A stretch of DNA of 63,220 nucleotides, the filler included, from Lenisia limosa (taxonomy: Eukaryota; Protista; Breviatea), in assembly GCA_001655205.1 (NCBI GenBank). It is 18 parts of 18 records of this genome, joined end to end, with 100 filler letters (N's around TTAATTAATTAA, not from the genome) between each part and the next. Parts side by side here need not be neighbours in the genome. Positions count along the whole stretch, not along the records: positions 1 to 3,230 come from LPNZ01010091.1; positions 3,331 to 11,624 come from LPNZ01004445.1; positions 11,725 to 18,524 come from LPNZ01010581.1; 15 more parts are not named here. The stretch is one strand, 5' to 3'. Made by a program: the position numbers and the translations under genes. Shown here piece after piece: positions 1-13,576 of the stretch. Numbering within the stretch: the first letter of the stretch is position 1; each line of letters starts with the position of its first letter. Below the pieces are notes generated by a model that was not told where the DNA came from, did not search any database, and saw only the letters and a program-made list of their open reading frames with translations.

Positions 1-215
1 TTCACTTTACTTAGTACTGTATTCCAGATTGTATTTAATCTATTCCCCCAATGCACAAGGGAATCCACGTCATTATTTCACTGTGCAATTCCAACACTAG
101 CAGCAATGTTTGATACTTAACTGACGCTATTCCGCCCAAGACCGCACCGAAGTGAAGCCCTAAAAGTATCCCCAGATTGTATTTAATCTATTCCCTATTC
201 CGCCCAAGACCGCAC

Positions 216-1578
216 CTCAGCGACAACGTCACCGAAAGCACCGGGTTCACCCCAGTTGGAGGGGCCGGCCTTCTTGTCGAGGGCTGGGNNNNNNNNNNNN
301 NNNNNNNNNNNNNNNNNNNNNNNNNNNNNNNNNNNNNNNNNNNNNNNNNNNNNNNNNNNNNNNNNNNNNNNNNNNNNNNNNNNNNNNNNNNNNNNNNNNN
401 NNNNNNNNNNNNNNNNNNNNNNNNNNNNNNNNNNNNNNNNNNNNNNNNNNNNNNNNNNNNNNNNNNNNNNNNNNNNNNNNNNNNNNNNNNNNNNNNNNNN
501 NNNNNNNNNNNNNNNNNNNNNNNNNACGAAAGCGGAGAAGATGCGGCACTTGAAGTCGGCAGTTCCGGTGGCGAGGTGGACGCCTTCGGGGTGCCAGGCC
601 ACGGAAAGGATGGTGGACTTGAGAGGCTTCTTGATGTGCTTGGCAATGTAGAAGTCGTTGTCGTCGTCGAAGTAGCAGATGGAGACAAGCTTGGCACCGG
701 AGGCGACGGCAAACTTCTTCTCTGGGGGGGGGGGGGAANNNNNNNNNNNNNNNNNNNNNNNNNNNNNNNNNNNNNNNNNNNNNNNNNNNNNNNNNNNNNN
801 NNNNNNNNNNNNNNNNNNNNNNNNNNNNNNNNNNNNNNNNNNNNNNNNNNNNNNNNNNNNNNNNNNNNNNNNNNNNNNNNNNATCAATTCTGTTGGCTAA
901 GCATTTGCAAAACACAAGAGGGGTGAAAAAAACACAGCAAAATCTCAGGCCTATCACTTCTGTAGTACCGCATCTCATGAGGGGGAAATGGAGGAATGAA
1001 TGTTAACACAGAAGGGCTATGAGACAGGAATACAATAGAGAGTATTCAACCAACCGGAGGGAGACCACTTCACGTCAGTAGCAGCACGGTTGATACGGAG
1101 GATAACAAGAGTGGGGTTCCACTTCTGCTCGGCCTCATCGAAGGTCCAAACTAATCATAAATAAGATTGTCTCTTGGTCACTTCTGTCATCGTTTTTGTA
1201 AAGAACCTACCATAGGCATTACGATCTTGAGAGCAAGTCACAATGAGGTTGCTGTTAGGAGCCCAGTCAACAGCGGTGATGACCTTGACAAAGTGAGACA
1301 AAGTAATCACAGAGGTGCATGAGAATAGGAAGCTGGATTGTCTCTCACCTGATCGTGATCGCGCATGGACCACTTAGTCTCACCCTGAATGCAGGTTAGA
1401 ACCCATAAGAGAAAAGAAAAGAGAAGATGAGAAAAAAACCATGAGGAATTGGAGGGCAAACCTTGGCACTAGCGATCATAACCTCGCTAGAGTTAGGGGA
1501 ATAGGCGACAAGAGAGCCGTCCTTGTTCCAGGAGTGGCAAGAGACGCAGTCAGCAAAACGAAGAGAAGATTCAGCCAT
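216..1578 (-). CDS. ARPC1: Arp2/3 complex subunit 1 (p41-Arc, WD40), 5' part, multi-exon, 3' end outside window
   Basis: Exons [33 protein letters not shown]; [24 protein letters not shown]; [32 protein letters not shown]; [60 protein letters not shown] match ARPC1 family motifs. Confidence 0.95.
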
Positions 1579-2778
1579 TGTATTTGTTTAGTGTGGGTAT
1601 GGACACGGCAACACTAGAGACATTATCAAAGCAATTAAAATAACAAAACAAAACAAAGACAACAACTTTTCTATGATTATACACATCATTATAGAAGCAC
1701 TCACATACACACATCTATCATACCTTTACAAGTGATTTTTTTAAAAAAAAAACAGTTTTTATACTTTGGCGTGTGACGTTGGCGCAAAGTATTTAAAAAA
1801 AATTAAAAACTTTTATTTTTGAAATTTACAGCCTTTGAGATGACTAAATTGTTGAAATATGTTCAATGATTAGTTTTTTTTGTTTTCAACGGTAGTATGA
1901 TTTCAAGTCTTCTTGTGTTTTCGTGGGTAATTGGCTACACTACTACGGCACAGTTTATCTGTTGTTTATTCTATTGAGAATAAAGGCAAACGCGCCATTT
2001 GATTAGGAATCAGTTTTCTGAAGCTCTCATCTCCCCTTTCCTCGCCCCTTTGCCCTTGGCCAAGGCGGTTTTGTTCTTTTCTTCTATTTTCCCGGTGGTG
2101 GTGTTTCTCTAATGCCCACACTTGAGACCTTTCCTTGAACGCCATTGATCCTTGCGGCTTTAGGCTCTTCCAGACATTCGTGTCCCGGGAGGGTGATGTG
2201 AAAACTCTATCTACTGTCCGCTGACTGTGGGGGGATGGAAGTGTGGCTCGTGTACCTCAAAGAAGACCTTTTTTTAATGATTCCCCAAAGAAAGTGTTAA
2301 TCCGCCCTGGTGTTGATTGTTGACATTTATTATAATAGCATGAATGAATTTCTTTTTACTAGCCAGCCCGCTTGACAGTGGTGGTGGATTTGGCTGGATC
2401 TGAAAATGAGGACTGAAACCATTCCTCCAGCATTGGGGCCAATGAGCCAAAGAGGTAATAGTATATTATGTCTACCCTTGGTGGGCAAGTGACTATGGAG
2501 TAGATGAGAGAGAACCCATGCTATCAGCCTCCTCTCTTTGACATAGGAGGAATATAATAGATTAAATAAACAACTTTATAACTTTGTTCGGTTTTGAAAA
2601 GAGGTCCCCATACACTATAACATGATCCTGGCTTTGACATAAAGCTCTTGATTATACAATATCAATTGGAAACATTAAGCTTCCAATTACATATTTTCAG
2701 AAGTGTGTTTAGCAATTAGAATAACTCAAAAGCAGCCCGGATTTGGATTGAAATCTGCTATATTACACCACATAAACT

Positions 2779-3145
2779 CTACACGACGGGGTTCTTGGCC
2801 GGGTCCTTGGCCAGACACAAATCGTAATACTCCGGAACACCCACTTCACCCAAAATGTCACGGAGCTCAATCATGCACACTCCCTTCACCAATTCAAACG
2901 TTTTGAAGCACTGCTTCTGAACAAAGCCCTGGACGAAGTAAAATGGAAAACTTCTGAAATGCAAAAAAACAATATTGAACTCTGCGTTTGAAAATTCCCA
3001 AAGAGTCGAAAACTATCGAGGAGTTACAATGACGCCCCTCATACTTCCCAAACAAGAATGCAGGCAGTCTTGACATCAATCACTTCATCCTGCTTGGCCG
3101 GCTTCTTTTCTTCCTCATCTTCCTCGTCGTCATCATCTTCATCTT
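2779..3145 (-). CDS. PRPF3: U4/U6 snRNP protein Prp3, C-terminal two exons
   Basis: Acidic run EDEDDDDEEDEEEKK then CILVWE|GFVQKQCFKTFELV...GVPEYYDLCLA, stop TAG; parallels the Prp3 C-terminus (acidic linker, CVLVWEG...EHYWDLAL). Confidence 0.85.
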
Positions 3146-3356
3146 CTAAACAGAATGAGATTCGTCTTATTTACCATCTTTATTCCCCATTTTCCCCAAA
3201 AAAATAAAAATAATTCTACACCCGTTTTATNNNNNNNNNNNNNNNNNNNNNNNNNNNNNNNNNNNNNNNNNNNNTTAATTAATTAANNNNNNNNNNNNNN
3301 NNNNNNNNNNNNNNNNNNNNNNNNNNNNNNATGAATCCGCATTTTTCACCCCCCAG

Positions 3357-6300
3357 GGCCACGTGGTACTCCCATCTGATAGTGGAAAGCTTCGGTCAGG
3401 CGGTGCTGACCTTGCTGCATCGGGGTACAGTCTGGAGTGGGACTGTGGGGTCGAATTTGATGAGGACGTTCGAATTGATAAGCAGGTTGGTGGATTGAAT
3501 CCCATAATGATTTCCTTCAGTCCAACCACACCTCTTTTCAGTCCCCCCATTCCACTAATCCTCCCACCCATCTTAACCGTCAAGGTTCTCGTCATCCCAC
3601 GCTACACTTTGGATAGTGGCGCCACGTACACGTGTACGCTCAACGTCGTATGCAGGGAGTCCTCTACATCACTGTGAAAACCGTATCCAATAACCTGCCT
3701 TTTACTGGAATACTGTGATAATCGACAATTCTTCTGTTGACCTTGCCCAGAACGGTCCTAACGCCACCCTCTCCGAATCAGTGTCCATCAACACCGCATC
3801 ACCGCCGTCATCCGGATCCTGTGAACTCTCCTATGAAGGCGGTAGGCTGGGGTTGGGAGCAACGTCTCAGTATACTGTCTCAACGGACAAAACTACCATG
3901 ATAGGAATTTGTACTCTGGATAAGAGGAAACAAAGGTTGACTTTGATATGAATCATAAGAGGGAATATAGGTCGACTTTCGATTGGTTAACAAAAAATAA
4001 AAACGAATACAGACACACACAATATGGCCAGAAGGGCTTGAATTAGAGGGTTAGAACAAATATCAGCGTTCCGTTATTCTGGCTTCTTTATTACTTTTAT
4101 TTATCGCCCCCCCCCCCCCNNNNNNNNNNNNNNNNNNNNNNNNNNNNNNNNNNNNNNNNNNNNNNNNNNNNNNNNNNNNNNNNNNNNNNNNNNNNNNNNN
4201 NNNNNNNNNNNNNNNNNNNNNNNNNNNNNNNNNNNNNNNNNTAAACAACAATCAGTTTCTCTTAGTATATGTATAATACCTGATAATGAGGGCTTTGACC
4301 GAGAGATCGTTAAACTGTTTACATGGTTGATGAAAACCTGTAGCCCGCCCACAATAGTATAGTATTCTCTATTATATTATTATTATAACTTCTTTTGAAA
4401 TAATCCCACTAGGTGTCACTGCTACCCCCCACCGCGACCCTGACACTGCACTCAGTCAACAAAGACAGTCGTATTGTGACCAGGAAGTCAACCAACGAGA
4501 TTATGTCCTTCGTCGCACCCCCAGGGTCCTTTAAATGGGCTGTTATCATCTCGTGGGGAAGTATACAGTTTTTGGCAATAAATGATAAATTATCTTTGTG
4601 AAGTGTCTGAAAATGTCCATTTAGATTTTTTTATTTTGCTTTTTTTTTTTTTATTATTTACGATATTAGGGATGATGNNNNNNNNNNNNNNNNNNNNNNN
4701 NNNNNNNNNNNNNNNNNNNNGTGGAGACATTTCAGCCGGTAAGCTGAGGGCGGGGTTTACTCACCACACGTCCTTTCACCCCCAAGACTTTTTGTGTTAT
4801 TCCATTAATTAATTTCTTCTCGAAATACATGTACATTTCTAAAATGTCCAACAGAGTTGATAGGTGCCTTTCTTTCGTTTTCTATTTCACTCTCCCCCCC
4901 CCCCCCNNNNNNNNNNNNNNNNNNNNNNNNNNNNNNNNNNNNNNNNNNNNNNNNNNNNNNNNNNNNNNNNNNATGATTTGCCTACTATGATCGAAGGTGG
5001 CGACAGGACAAGAGCATTACAGGTGAAGGGGTCTGAATGTCTGAGAACCGCAATACACCTTGGATGACTATAACTAACTAATAACCATTATTCACCCACA
5101 CAGCTCATGAATGCTGTATCGCTCTCCATTTCCGATTCCGACCCGAGAAAGGCCCAAATCTTCGACTCAGCTCTCGCAGCCGGAACATCGGCCACCACCG
5201 GTTGGGGGTCTTGATCGCAGGGGTTTTCGTATTTGTTTAAATAACGCATTTATGTTCCTCATAGTGACGCTACTAATGCCTTGCAGGTGACGAGGCGTCT
5301 CAAATTCTCCAAGTAACAGCTGCATCAATTCCTGGAGGTGCGTGGGGTGAATTGGATTATGAAACATTCTTCACCCTCCATACCAACAGAGTTGATTCGG
5401 ATTAAAAAAACCAATTTTACCCCCCCCCCCTCAGGTAACAAGGTGTCGAAACAGTCCCGCGGGCCAGCCCTTGATCTCATTGATCGCACCATCGCTCTGA
5501 CCAAGTCTGAGGCTGAGGACTCCGGAGATGAGGCTGAAACGTCCGGCCTGGAGAGTGCACTGGAGGTGAGTGACACAATGGCAGACCAAAGATAGTTTTC
5601 ATTTTCTTCGCTTCTCTCGTGACTAATTTCTACATTCCCACTCTCCTCTCCTCACCCCCTAGGTCCTCAACGCGCTTCTTCCCTCTGAGGGCGACCGAGA
5701 CGATGCGGACTTTGGAGCCGACCTTCACGCCTCCCTCACTGCCCTTGGGGATGCTCTGGGACAGGTGGGATGAACGGAATGGCAAGTCATGTTTGAGTAC
5801 ATCTACGGATATAAGGGGAAAATGCATTGAAACGACACCCACGATAAACAGAATAACCATACACTGCCATTTATTTGAGAGCTAGTATTACTTATCATCT
5901 TGGGACAAGGAATAATACATGGGGTGCCCATAGGGGGTGCCAATTACAAAATTACCATAATTCATCTGCGTTCGTTGAAAGGTGTTTTCCGAGGAACACC
6001 TATTCATCTATGGAGCGTCATGGTCTTTTTCGAGGTAACTAACGCCCCAGGGAACATCCTGCATGGGACCGTCAGCTTCTCTTTCGGTTAATGGCATTCG
6101 CGCTGGTGGGAGGAGGAGGGGGGGGGGGTAAAAGAAAGAAGGGAATTTCGATGAAGAACAAGCAGGCAGATGTGGAGCCAATATCATTTCCAGCCAACCC
6201 CCCCATAATTGGAGCTGATTAAAGTATTTTTTCGAAAATCCTCGCTTTCACCCCCCTCCCAGCCTCGCAACGTATCACCACTTCCGACCTGACAAATGAG

Positions 6301-9300
6301 CACGTGACCGCCTCTGGCTCTGCAGGTGCAGGAGCAGGCTTCACGCTCCCCGACCTGTCAGAGGTGCTCAGCTCCGACGGCGAAGGATGCGTGTCTTTCG
6401 TGGCCTGGGATGTGGATCAGGTGAGGGTCTTTCGTGTGTGTTGAGGACTACTTGTCAGTGAAGGGGTTGTCAAGCTGAGTGATGGTTGTGTGTTTTACTG
6501 TTATTTTATAGCACAAATCGTGCGTCCTGTAAACAGGCTTAGATATATACTATTTAAAAACTGGATATTGCTCCAGTCGTGGCTTTTACCTTAGTGCATA
6601 TCGGAGGGTATCCTTTCGTTTTGGTTTTTATTTTCTAGCAGACTTCAACTCAATATTATTAGTCATAATCTTCTTCATTTACACCCCCCACCCCCAGCCT
6701 CTTGTGGACATGGAAGTTGAAGAGGAGAAAAAGAAATTCACTGTCAAAACACCTTGGGTGTCTCTTTCGTGGGGCGAGGCGTGCTTTCATAAGTATAATA
6801 GTTTTTTAGAATGCTTGTTCAGATCATTCATGCCATATGACCCCCATTTCGCCTGATAAATTCCCCATAGTCACGTTTCGTAATTATTTTTTTGTTTTGT
6901 TTTTACCCCCCCCCCCCNNNNNNNNNNNNNNNNNNNNNNNNNNNNNNNNNNNNNNNNNNNNNNNNNNNNNNNNNNNNNNNNNNNNNNNNNNNNNNNNNNN
7001 NNNNNNNNNNNNNNCTGAGCCACCCTACGGAAACGTCCAACGATCTTTCGAGGAGACAATGCCTCTGGTGAGAGGGGGGAAATGGACCTACCCATGACTC
7101 GCTGGGTACTGATTATGGCACCTTTTGAAACATTATAGGGGTGACACATAACATGAGTGATACATCGATATCCAGTATTATAACTTTCATGTTAAATAAT
7201 GACTTAATTAGTTAAATTAGTTTATGACCATTCAGGTTTGATACTGCCACCAATAAGTACTCATCTGAAGGTGACCGGGGGGAGGGGGCATGGTAGGTGA
7301 TAAGATGAATCAGAATATATTTGTGGCAATATTAAGAATATATGGTAGTATTAAAATATAGCGATATTGGAAAGGAAAGGAATAGCGTATGACTGTTTTC
7401 TTTTACGGAGAAACACTAAATAAAAATCGACTATCTTGATGACCAAGCCGCTGTCTCTGCCTTGCATTGTTCCCATAGCACCCTATTTAATTTCCCATCA
7501 GGATGCACTGTTGCGTCTGCGACTGCCACCACCACCACTTGCCTTGTCGGGAGGGGGGGGGGGATACAAGCTTAAATGAACAATATGACTGTTTCGAAAT
7601 GGTGATACATTTCCTGTTTTTTTTTACAACATAATGAAGTCATAATCCTTTGTGATTTTGTGTCTTCGCTCCTTTTATATTACCGGATTTGGCAGAAGCG
7701 ATTTGAACTCTTTTTTTTTTGTTTTAAAATATATTGTTTTTGTTTTTTTGATAAATTGATTTCGTGATGCATATCATCCCACTTGTAATGGGGCATTTAA
7801 CTCGGAAAACGTTAACTCGTTGCAGTGCAACCATCTCACGGCCTTCACTGTCGCCTCTTCTGACCCGAAAGACGACGTACCCGAAATCAATACTGTCGAC
7901 CCCACGGCTCCCCCCAGCTCACTAGATGTGAGAAGAATCGAATTACAAACATTCATTTCCTTCCTTCTCCCTTCCTCTCAATAGAATTTTCCCCGTCCCC
8001 CTAAAAAAAACAACTTTTCCCTATTTACCCCTCAGGATTTCACGACACTCTTCACGGTGGCGGCAGTTTGGCTGGTGTACCTCCTGCTACTGCCTGTCAT
8101 GATGCGTCTGGAAGCCAGCTTCCGGCGCCGTTTCCTGGCTCTCCGAATGGAGGTCCGCGACGCCGAAAGCAACGGTAAAGGGAGGAAGGGGGGGGNNNNN
8201 NNNNNNNNNNNNNNNNNNNNNNNNNNNNNNNNNNNNNNNNNNNNNNNNNNNNNNNNNNNNNNNNNNNNNNNNNNNNNNNNNNNNNNNNNNNNNNNNNNNN
8301 NNNNNNNNNNNNNNNNNNNNNNNNNNNNNNNNNNNNNNNNNNNNNNNNNNNNNNNNNNNNNNNNNNNNNNNNNNNNNNNNNNNNNNNNNNNNNNNNNNNN
8401 NNNNACAGTTTTATGTGAACTTTATCCACTGAGTAACCAGTGTAAGATGCTGAGTAATCAGTGTAAGATGCTGAGAACAAGTGTACGAAGTGTACGATGC
8501 TGTGGTCTGGTTGTGTTTTTTTATTTTTGGGAACAGGGACTTCTTGTATTACCCTGACATCTTCAGCTTCCTTCCGACATGCAAGAATCCGAGTCTCTCA
8601 GTAACAAGGTGGGGATGACTGAGAAGGAGGGTAGTATACGGGAGGCTTTAATAGCTGTTGTTCTTGGTATAATGACAATTGTTAATATGGACCTTCGCTA
8701 AGAACACCTATTGCTCTTGACCCTGGCTTATGCGTTAGGGAGACCCACCCACAAAGGCCCCGTTCACCAAGCGATTTAAGAACCGAATGAAGTACCGCCA
8801 CGGATGGATGTCCATTTTCTACCGCGAGCGTGAGAGCTCTCTCACCCACTTCCAGGTGGGGCGCAGTGTTGCGAAAAGGCAACTATGTTATATCGGAATC
8901 AATGGCAACTTTGTTTATAATTTGTTTTCTCATCAGCGTAGCGTCTCACGATTTTGCACCTCATCATCCAACTGACTTTCGTTGCCAATGCAGCAGTTTA
9001 TGACACTGGTTTGAGGCTTTGTTTGTTTTATTATTCTCATTAGAGTTGGTTTTGGGCTTTTTTTTTGTTCCTTAAGTTTTTCTATTTACCCCCCCCNNNN
9101 NNNNNNNNNNNNNNNNNNNNNNNNNNNNNNNNNNNNNNNNNNNNNNNNNNNNNNNNNNNNNNNNNNNNNNNNNNNNNNNNNNNNNNNNNNNNNNNNNNNN
9201 NNNNNNNNNNNNNNNAATCATGATGTCCATCATCATTGCCCCCTTCCCTATTATTGTTACGTTCCTCTGTAAACGCGTGAGCATGGCATGGGTTATCATT

Positions 9301-10272
9301 ACCGGATCAATTATATCGTTGCAGTCACTCCATGACATATTGCGTATTTGTGCCCCTATAACTCCACAGGCTCTACCGTCGGACATTCCTTCGGCGGAAA
9401 TGAGAAGCATTGTTGCCTACCTCTACCCTGGCAGGAAGCACTTCAAGGTCAGTCCAGCAGACGGGGGTGGAACCAAGGAACCCTGTGTAAGACAATACCA
9501 TGATGGCATAAGGCGTTACAAAAAACCTATTCCACTTATGGCAGGCTTCGGCCAGATTCAACTTATTATTATAGAGTTGATTTTGGGCTTTTTTTTTTTT
9601 TTTTTTTTTNNNNNNNNNNNNNNNNNNNNNNNNNNNNNNNNNNNNNNNNNNNNNNNNNNNNNNNNNNNNNNNNNNNNNNNNNNNNNNNNNNNNNNNNNNN
9701 NNNNNNNNNNNNNNNNNNNNNNNNNNNNNNNNNNNNNNNNNNNNNNNNNNNNNNNNNNNNNNCTGTGCTCTACGGCGTGAAGTTCAAGGACGATGTCGTC
9801 ACGGGGTGGGGGAATATTTATCAAAAACAAGAGGAATATATTGAAAATATTTATTGAGATAGAATAAAGATCCACGTTTGGTTTTGTTTTGCGCTTTAAA
9901 GAGTGAAGGGAAGCTGTTTGATATTTTATACAAAAGTTGTTTTGCCGTTTCCTCACAATTCAGATGGCTGGTATCGACTGCCATGTCCCTCCTGCAGTCC
10001 ATTATTATTAGTACGGGGGAGGGTGTCTTCTCAAACGTTGAACAATGCTTCGTATTTCCCTTGAAGTTTTGCTCATGATATTGCTTTTTTTTTTGTGTAT
10101 GTGTGGATTACAGACTTTAGTTCAGCACTCTACGTCCTTCCTTCGTGTTATCCCCCCCCCCCCCNNNNNNNNNNNNNNNNNNNNNNNNNNNNNNNNNNNN
10201 NNCTTGGTGATGTGGCTGGGCAAATTGCCTCAGGTTTTGGAAACTTCTAAGGCTTTGATTGTTATCTTTTGA
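3357..10272 (+). CDS. Polycystin-1/PKDREJ-like receptor: REJ region, GPS autoproteolysis motif, about 5 TM segments; N-terminus missing
   Basis: REJ-like LVIPRYTLDSGATYTCTLNV and SPPSSGSCELS; GPS YSSE|GCTV...TTCL|CNHLTAF (exon at 7826); TM1 LFTVAAVWLVYLLLLPVMM; PKD1-family motifs HGWMSIF..SLTHFQ|RLT, SIIIAPFPIIVTFL, LYGVKF, WLVSTAMSLLQSIII. Confidence 0.8.
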
Positions 10273-10458
10273 GTTATTTTTTGTTGGTTTTGTATGTCAT
10301 GTTGCTGCTGTGAGGTAAACTATGTAATTTTTGACAATTAATAATGGACTCTAGAATTATTATAAAATCAGCAGAATCAGAAAAGACAAAACATTTGCGT
10401 AGCAAACAGCGCCTCAATACATACACAAAACTGCATTAACGCAACCATAGGGGGTACC

Positions 10459-11624
10459 TTACATGATGATTCCAGGGGACGAAACGTTCTCCTTGAGGCC
10501 CTTATGGGGACACACAACGGCTCCGTTGAGGTGGAGCTGGGGGGATAATATTGGAAAATAAAACAAAAACAAAAAAAGAAATAAGCCCAATCAACACTGT
10601 CGGCTGATAAGTGAAATACTGTTTTGAAACAATAGAGAAACAAAACCTTAAAAACAAGATCAAAGAGGGTTGGAAGGAAGGGAAGAATGCACACTTCAAT
10701 GATCAACAGCAAGGGAAGAATAGTAGCAGCGAACCTCATTAGCCACCTTAACGTCGCCTCCAAGAACGGTCAGGTTCTCAAGACGAGCCCACGAGCCGAC
10801 GCGACCCTCCCATCCGACAATACTGTCACGGATCATGGTGTTGCTGCCAATGACACTACAAGTGTCAGGGGAAACGGAAATACATCGGAGTACGAACTTA
10901 TTTTACATCATAGTACGACTTATTCTACATCAGAGTAAGCAAGGCGTGACACGACAGTAATTGCGGTTACCATGAAAGACGAGAGCAAGCAGTAATTATA
11001 ATAAGCAACAACACATCCCCCACCTTCCCTCCATGATGGTGGTCTTCTCAAGACGTACACCAGCTCCGATCTTGCAGTCTCTGGGAGGAGGGGTGAATGA
11101 CAAGAAAACGATGAAAAAACGAAACATCGTCAACTGCCTCCCCCCCCCCCATGCCAATGATACCCCATGCACACATAATGGCTTCCCTACGGTCCGAAAA
11201 AGACCCGAAAAATATCGAAATTTATCGAAGAATTTCGTTCTTTTTTTGGACCATAGGGCCCTGCTCATACCCATGCTCACTTGCCGATGATGACGTTAGG
11301 GCCGATCTTGCAGTCAGGTCCGATACTGACGGAATCGTCAATCAAAACGTCTCCGACAATGTGCTGAATGGTTTAGTCTGGAATACATCAAAGATGCCCA
11401 GTGAATTAATATATGCTATATGTAATATCTATAAGTTTGAAAAGCTGACGGTCACACACAGCTTTGGATTTGAACAGTGTTACATCATGATGCGAAGAAA
11501 TAAATATAACCAGCTTTGCACTACTTGCAGAGAGCAATTTTAATGACATTTCGGATTTTCAAGACTTGCCCCATACCTCTCCTTCAGCAAGTCTCTCCTC
11601 CTCAGTTTGACGCACTGATGACAG
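10459..11624 (-). CDS. GMPPB: Mannose-1-phosphate guanylyltransferase (GDP-mannose pyrophosphorylase) beta, 3' part
   Basis: Exons IVGDVLIDDSVSIGPDCKIGPNVIIG; DCKIGAGVRLEKTTIMEG; VIGSNTMIRDSIVGWEGRVGSWARLENLTVLGGDVKVANE; LHLNGAVVCPHKGLKENVSSPGIIM-stop: the hexapeptide-repeat C-terminus typical of GMPPB/Psa1. Confidence 0.95.
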
Positions 11625-12520
11625 NNNNNNNNNNNNNNNNNNNNNNNNNNNNNNNNNNNNNNNNNNNNTTAATTAATTAANNNNNNNNNNNNNNNNNNNN
11701 NNNNNNNNNNNNNNNNNNNNNNNNTTTGTTTTGTTTTTCATCTCTTGTACATATATATAATATCGATATATGATACATATTCTGGGGCTTTTATTTCATA
11801 ACTTTCTCCTTCACCCTCCACCCCGGGCTTGTTTTTGTTTTTGTCATCTGGCTTTTGTCTAGTTTTAGCGTTGGTTGCTCGTGTTTTTTAGCTTGTTTTT
11901 TGTTTGTTTGGATTATTCGGTTCGTGATTAGTACCTTTACGTCAATATTCTTCATCGAAATTTNNNNNNNNNNNNNNNNNNNNNNNNNNNNNNNNNNNNN
12001 NNNNNNNNNNNNNNNNNNNNNNNNNNNNNNNNNNNNNNNNNNNNNNNNNNNNNNNNNNNNNNNNNNNNNNNNNNNNNNNNNNNNNNNNNNNNNNNNNNNN
12101 NNNNNNNNNNNNNNNNNNNNNNNNNNNNNNNNNNNNNNNNNNNNNNNNNNNNNNNNNNNNNNNNNNNNNNNTGTTTTGTATTAATATATTTTGCTAATTA
12201 AACTTTACAACGTTATCATATCTCATCCGTACAGGATCGACAGACGGTTCAACTTTGGAGTTTAACTTCGCTACCAAGGATCATTTCGCGCCAAATCAAG
12301 TGGGTTCAAACACTACTCAGAATGAAAGAATTTCTTCTAAAACATCGCTCAACTTCTTTGTTTAAGAAAAGACCACAACCAAATGACAAAGAGAATACCC
12401 TTACGAAATTTTGAAATTTTATTATTTCTAGTTATTTTAACTAAAATTTTGCCAAAATTTGATAAAATAAAAATTTCTGTCAACAATCCAATTTGAAATG
12501 TTTTTATCATTTTGTGTACT

Positions 12521-12608
12521 CCGTCGGTAGCTCAGTTGGTAGAGCATCGGACTGTAGAAAAACAATACGGTAATCCGCAGGTCACCAGTTCGATTCTGGT
12601 TCGACGGA
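12521..12608 (+). tRNA. tRNA-Tyr(GTA) with 15-nt intron (12558-12572)
   Basis: Cloverleaf: acceptor CCGTCGG/TCGACGG+A, D arm GCTC..GAGC, anticodon GTA at 12554-12556, T arm ACCAG-TTCGATT-CTGGT; intron after nt 37 contains TACGGT, which pairs with the anticodon; oligo-T terminator follows. Confidence 0.96.
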
Positions 12609-13576
12609 TTTTTTTTCGATTCTGGTTTGACATTTTTTTTTTGTTGCACAATCTCACTAATCATATAGTTTAATTTCGGCCAAATTACCCCTATTGGAAT
12701 GCAGCAAAACCAAGTCTACTCTATCCATCCGGTCACCTGTAAGCAGGGGGGGCCTCCGCTCCTGGGGTATGGAGTGGTGTAATATTATAACATCAAGTCC
12801 GTTGGTTGATTTCAACAAATCAACAAACAAAAAATTGACAAAAAATGGACCTATAAGAAATGGATAAATGTTTAGACTATACTATGAAAACGAAGCTCTC
12901 TTATTTAGCCGTCTAAATTGGTGCTTATTTCATGTACAGTAGTTCGGACCAAATACCCCCTGAGTGCTCCTACATGCTTTTAGGAACCGAACCTCGGTCT
13001 TTCACCATTCAGACAAGAGTACTGGTCGTTACGTCCACGATTCAATCCTGAACGTCACCATGCCGGCTTGTGGGGACCTTTTCCCCAACTCCGTTTACGA
13101 CGAAACCCTTGTTGGTGATGGACAGTTGCTGAGGGAAATAGACAGGAATGAATGAATGCTTTGGCAAAATCTAAGTATTCAATAGAACATTAAATTTTGT
13201 CTTGTTAATACGTTATTATTCGTTACACTACACCACTCCCTCCTAGCTATATGGTTTATCGATTACAAGCGAATCCAAACTTAACTGTTCAGGAAACGTG
13301 TGTCTGTTCACCCGGGTTTGTGTCACAAGCACAAAGTAAGCTGGCCTGGAACGATCCCTTCTGTTTTGTTATTTATTTGTTTTTAGACTGAGAAAACGGG
13401 AAAACCCAACTTTTATTAGCATGCCTATCACAGACATTCATTTGCTTTTATTTCACTGGGTACTTGGCATTGAGAATGACGTCGGCTTTATTCGGATTAC
13501 ACTGGTTATTATATAAAAGCTCGGAGTTCCAATTTTCACATCTCCCAGGTAGTTCTTTGATCTGTGTCACATGCAG

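Noticed and set aside
177-926. Long ORFs crossing N gaps and antisense ORFs (177-926+, 33249-33755+, 26668-27105-, 28485-29090-, 51982-52233+)
   Set aside because: They are read-through of Ns or shadows of real genes on the opposite strand (ARPC1, profilin, the acidic protein, POLE).
1980-2460. Possible small gene between ARPC1 and PRPF3, and another at 12690-13155
   Set aside because: Open stretches exist on both strands, but no consistent splice pattern or recognisable protein.
6608-6697. GTATCCTTT as a U12-type (minor) intron donor in the PKD-like gene
   Set aside because: No TCCTTAAC-like branch point near the putative acceptor, the exon frame is uncertain, and no other convincing U12 sites were seen.
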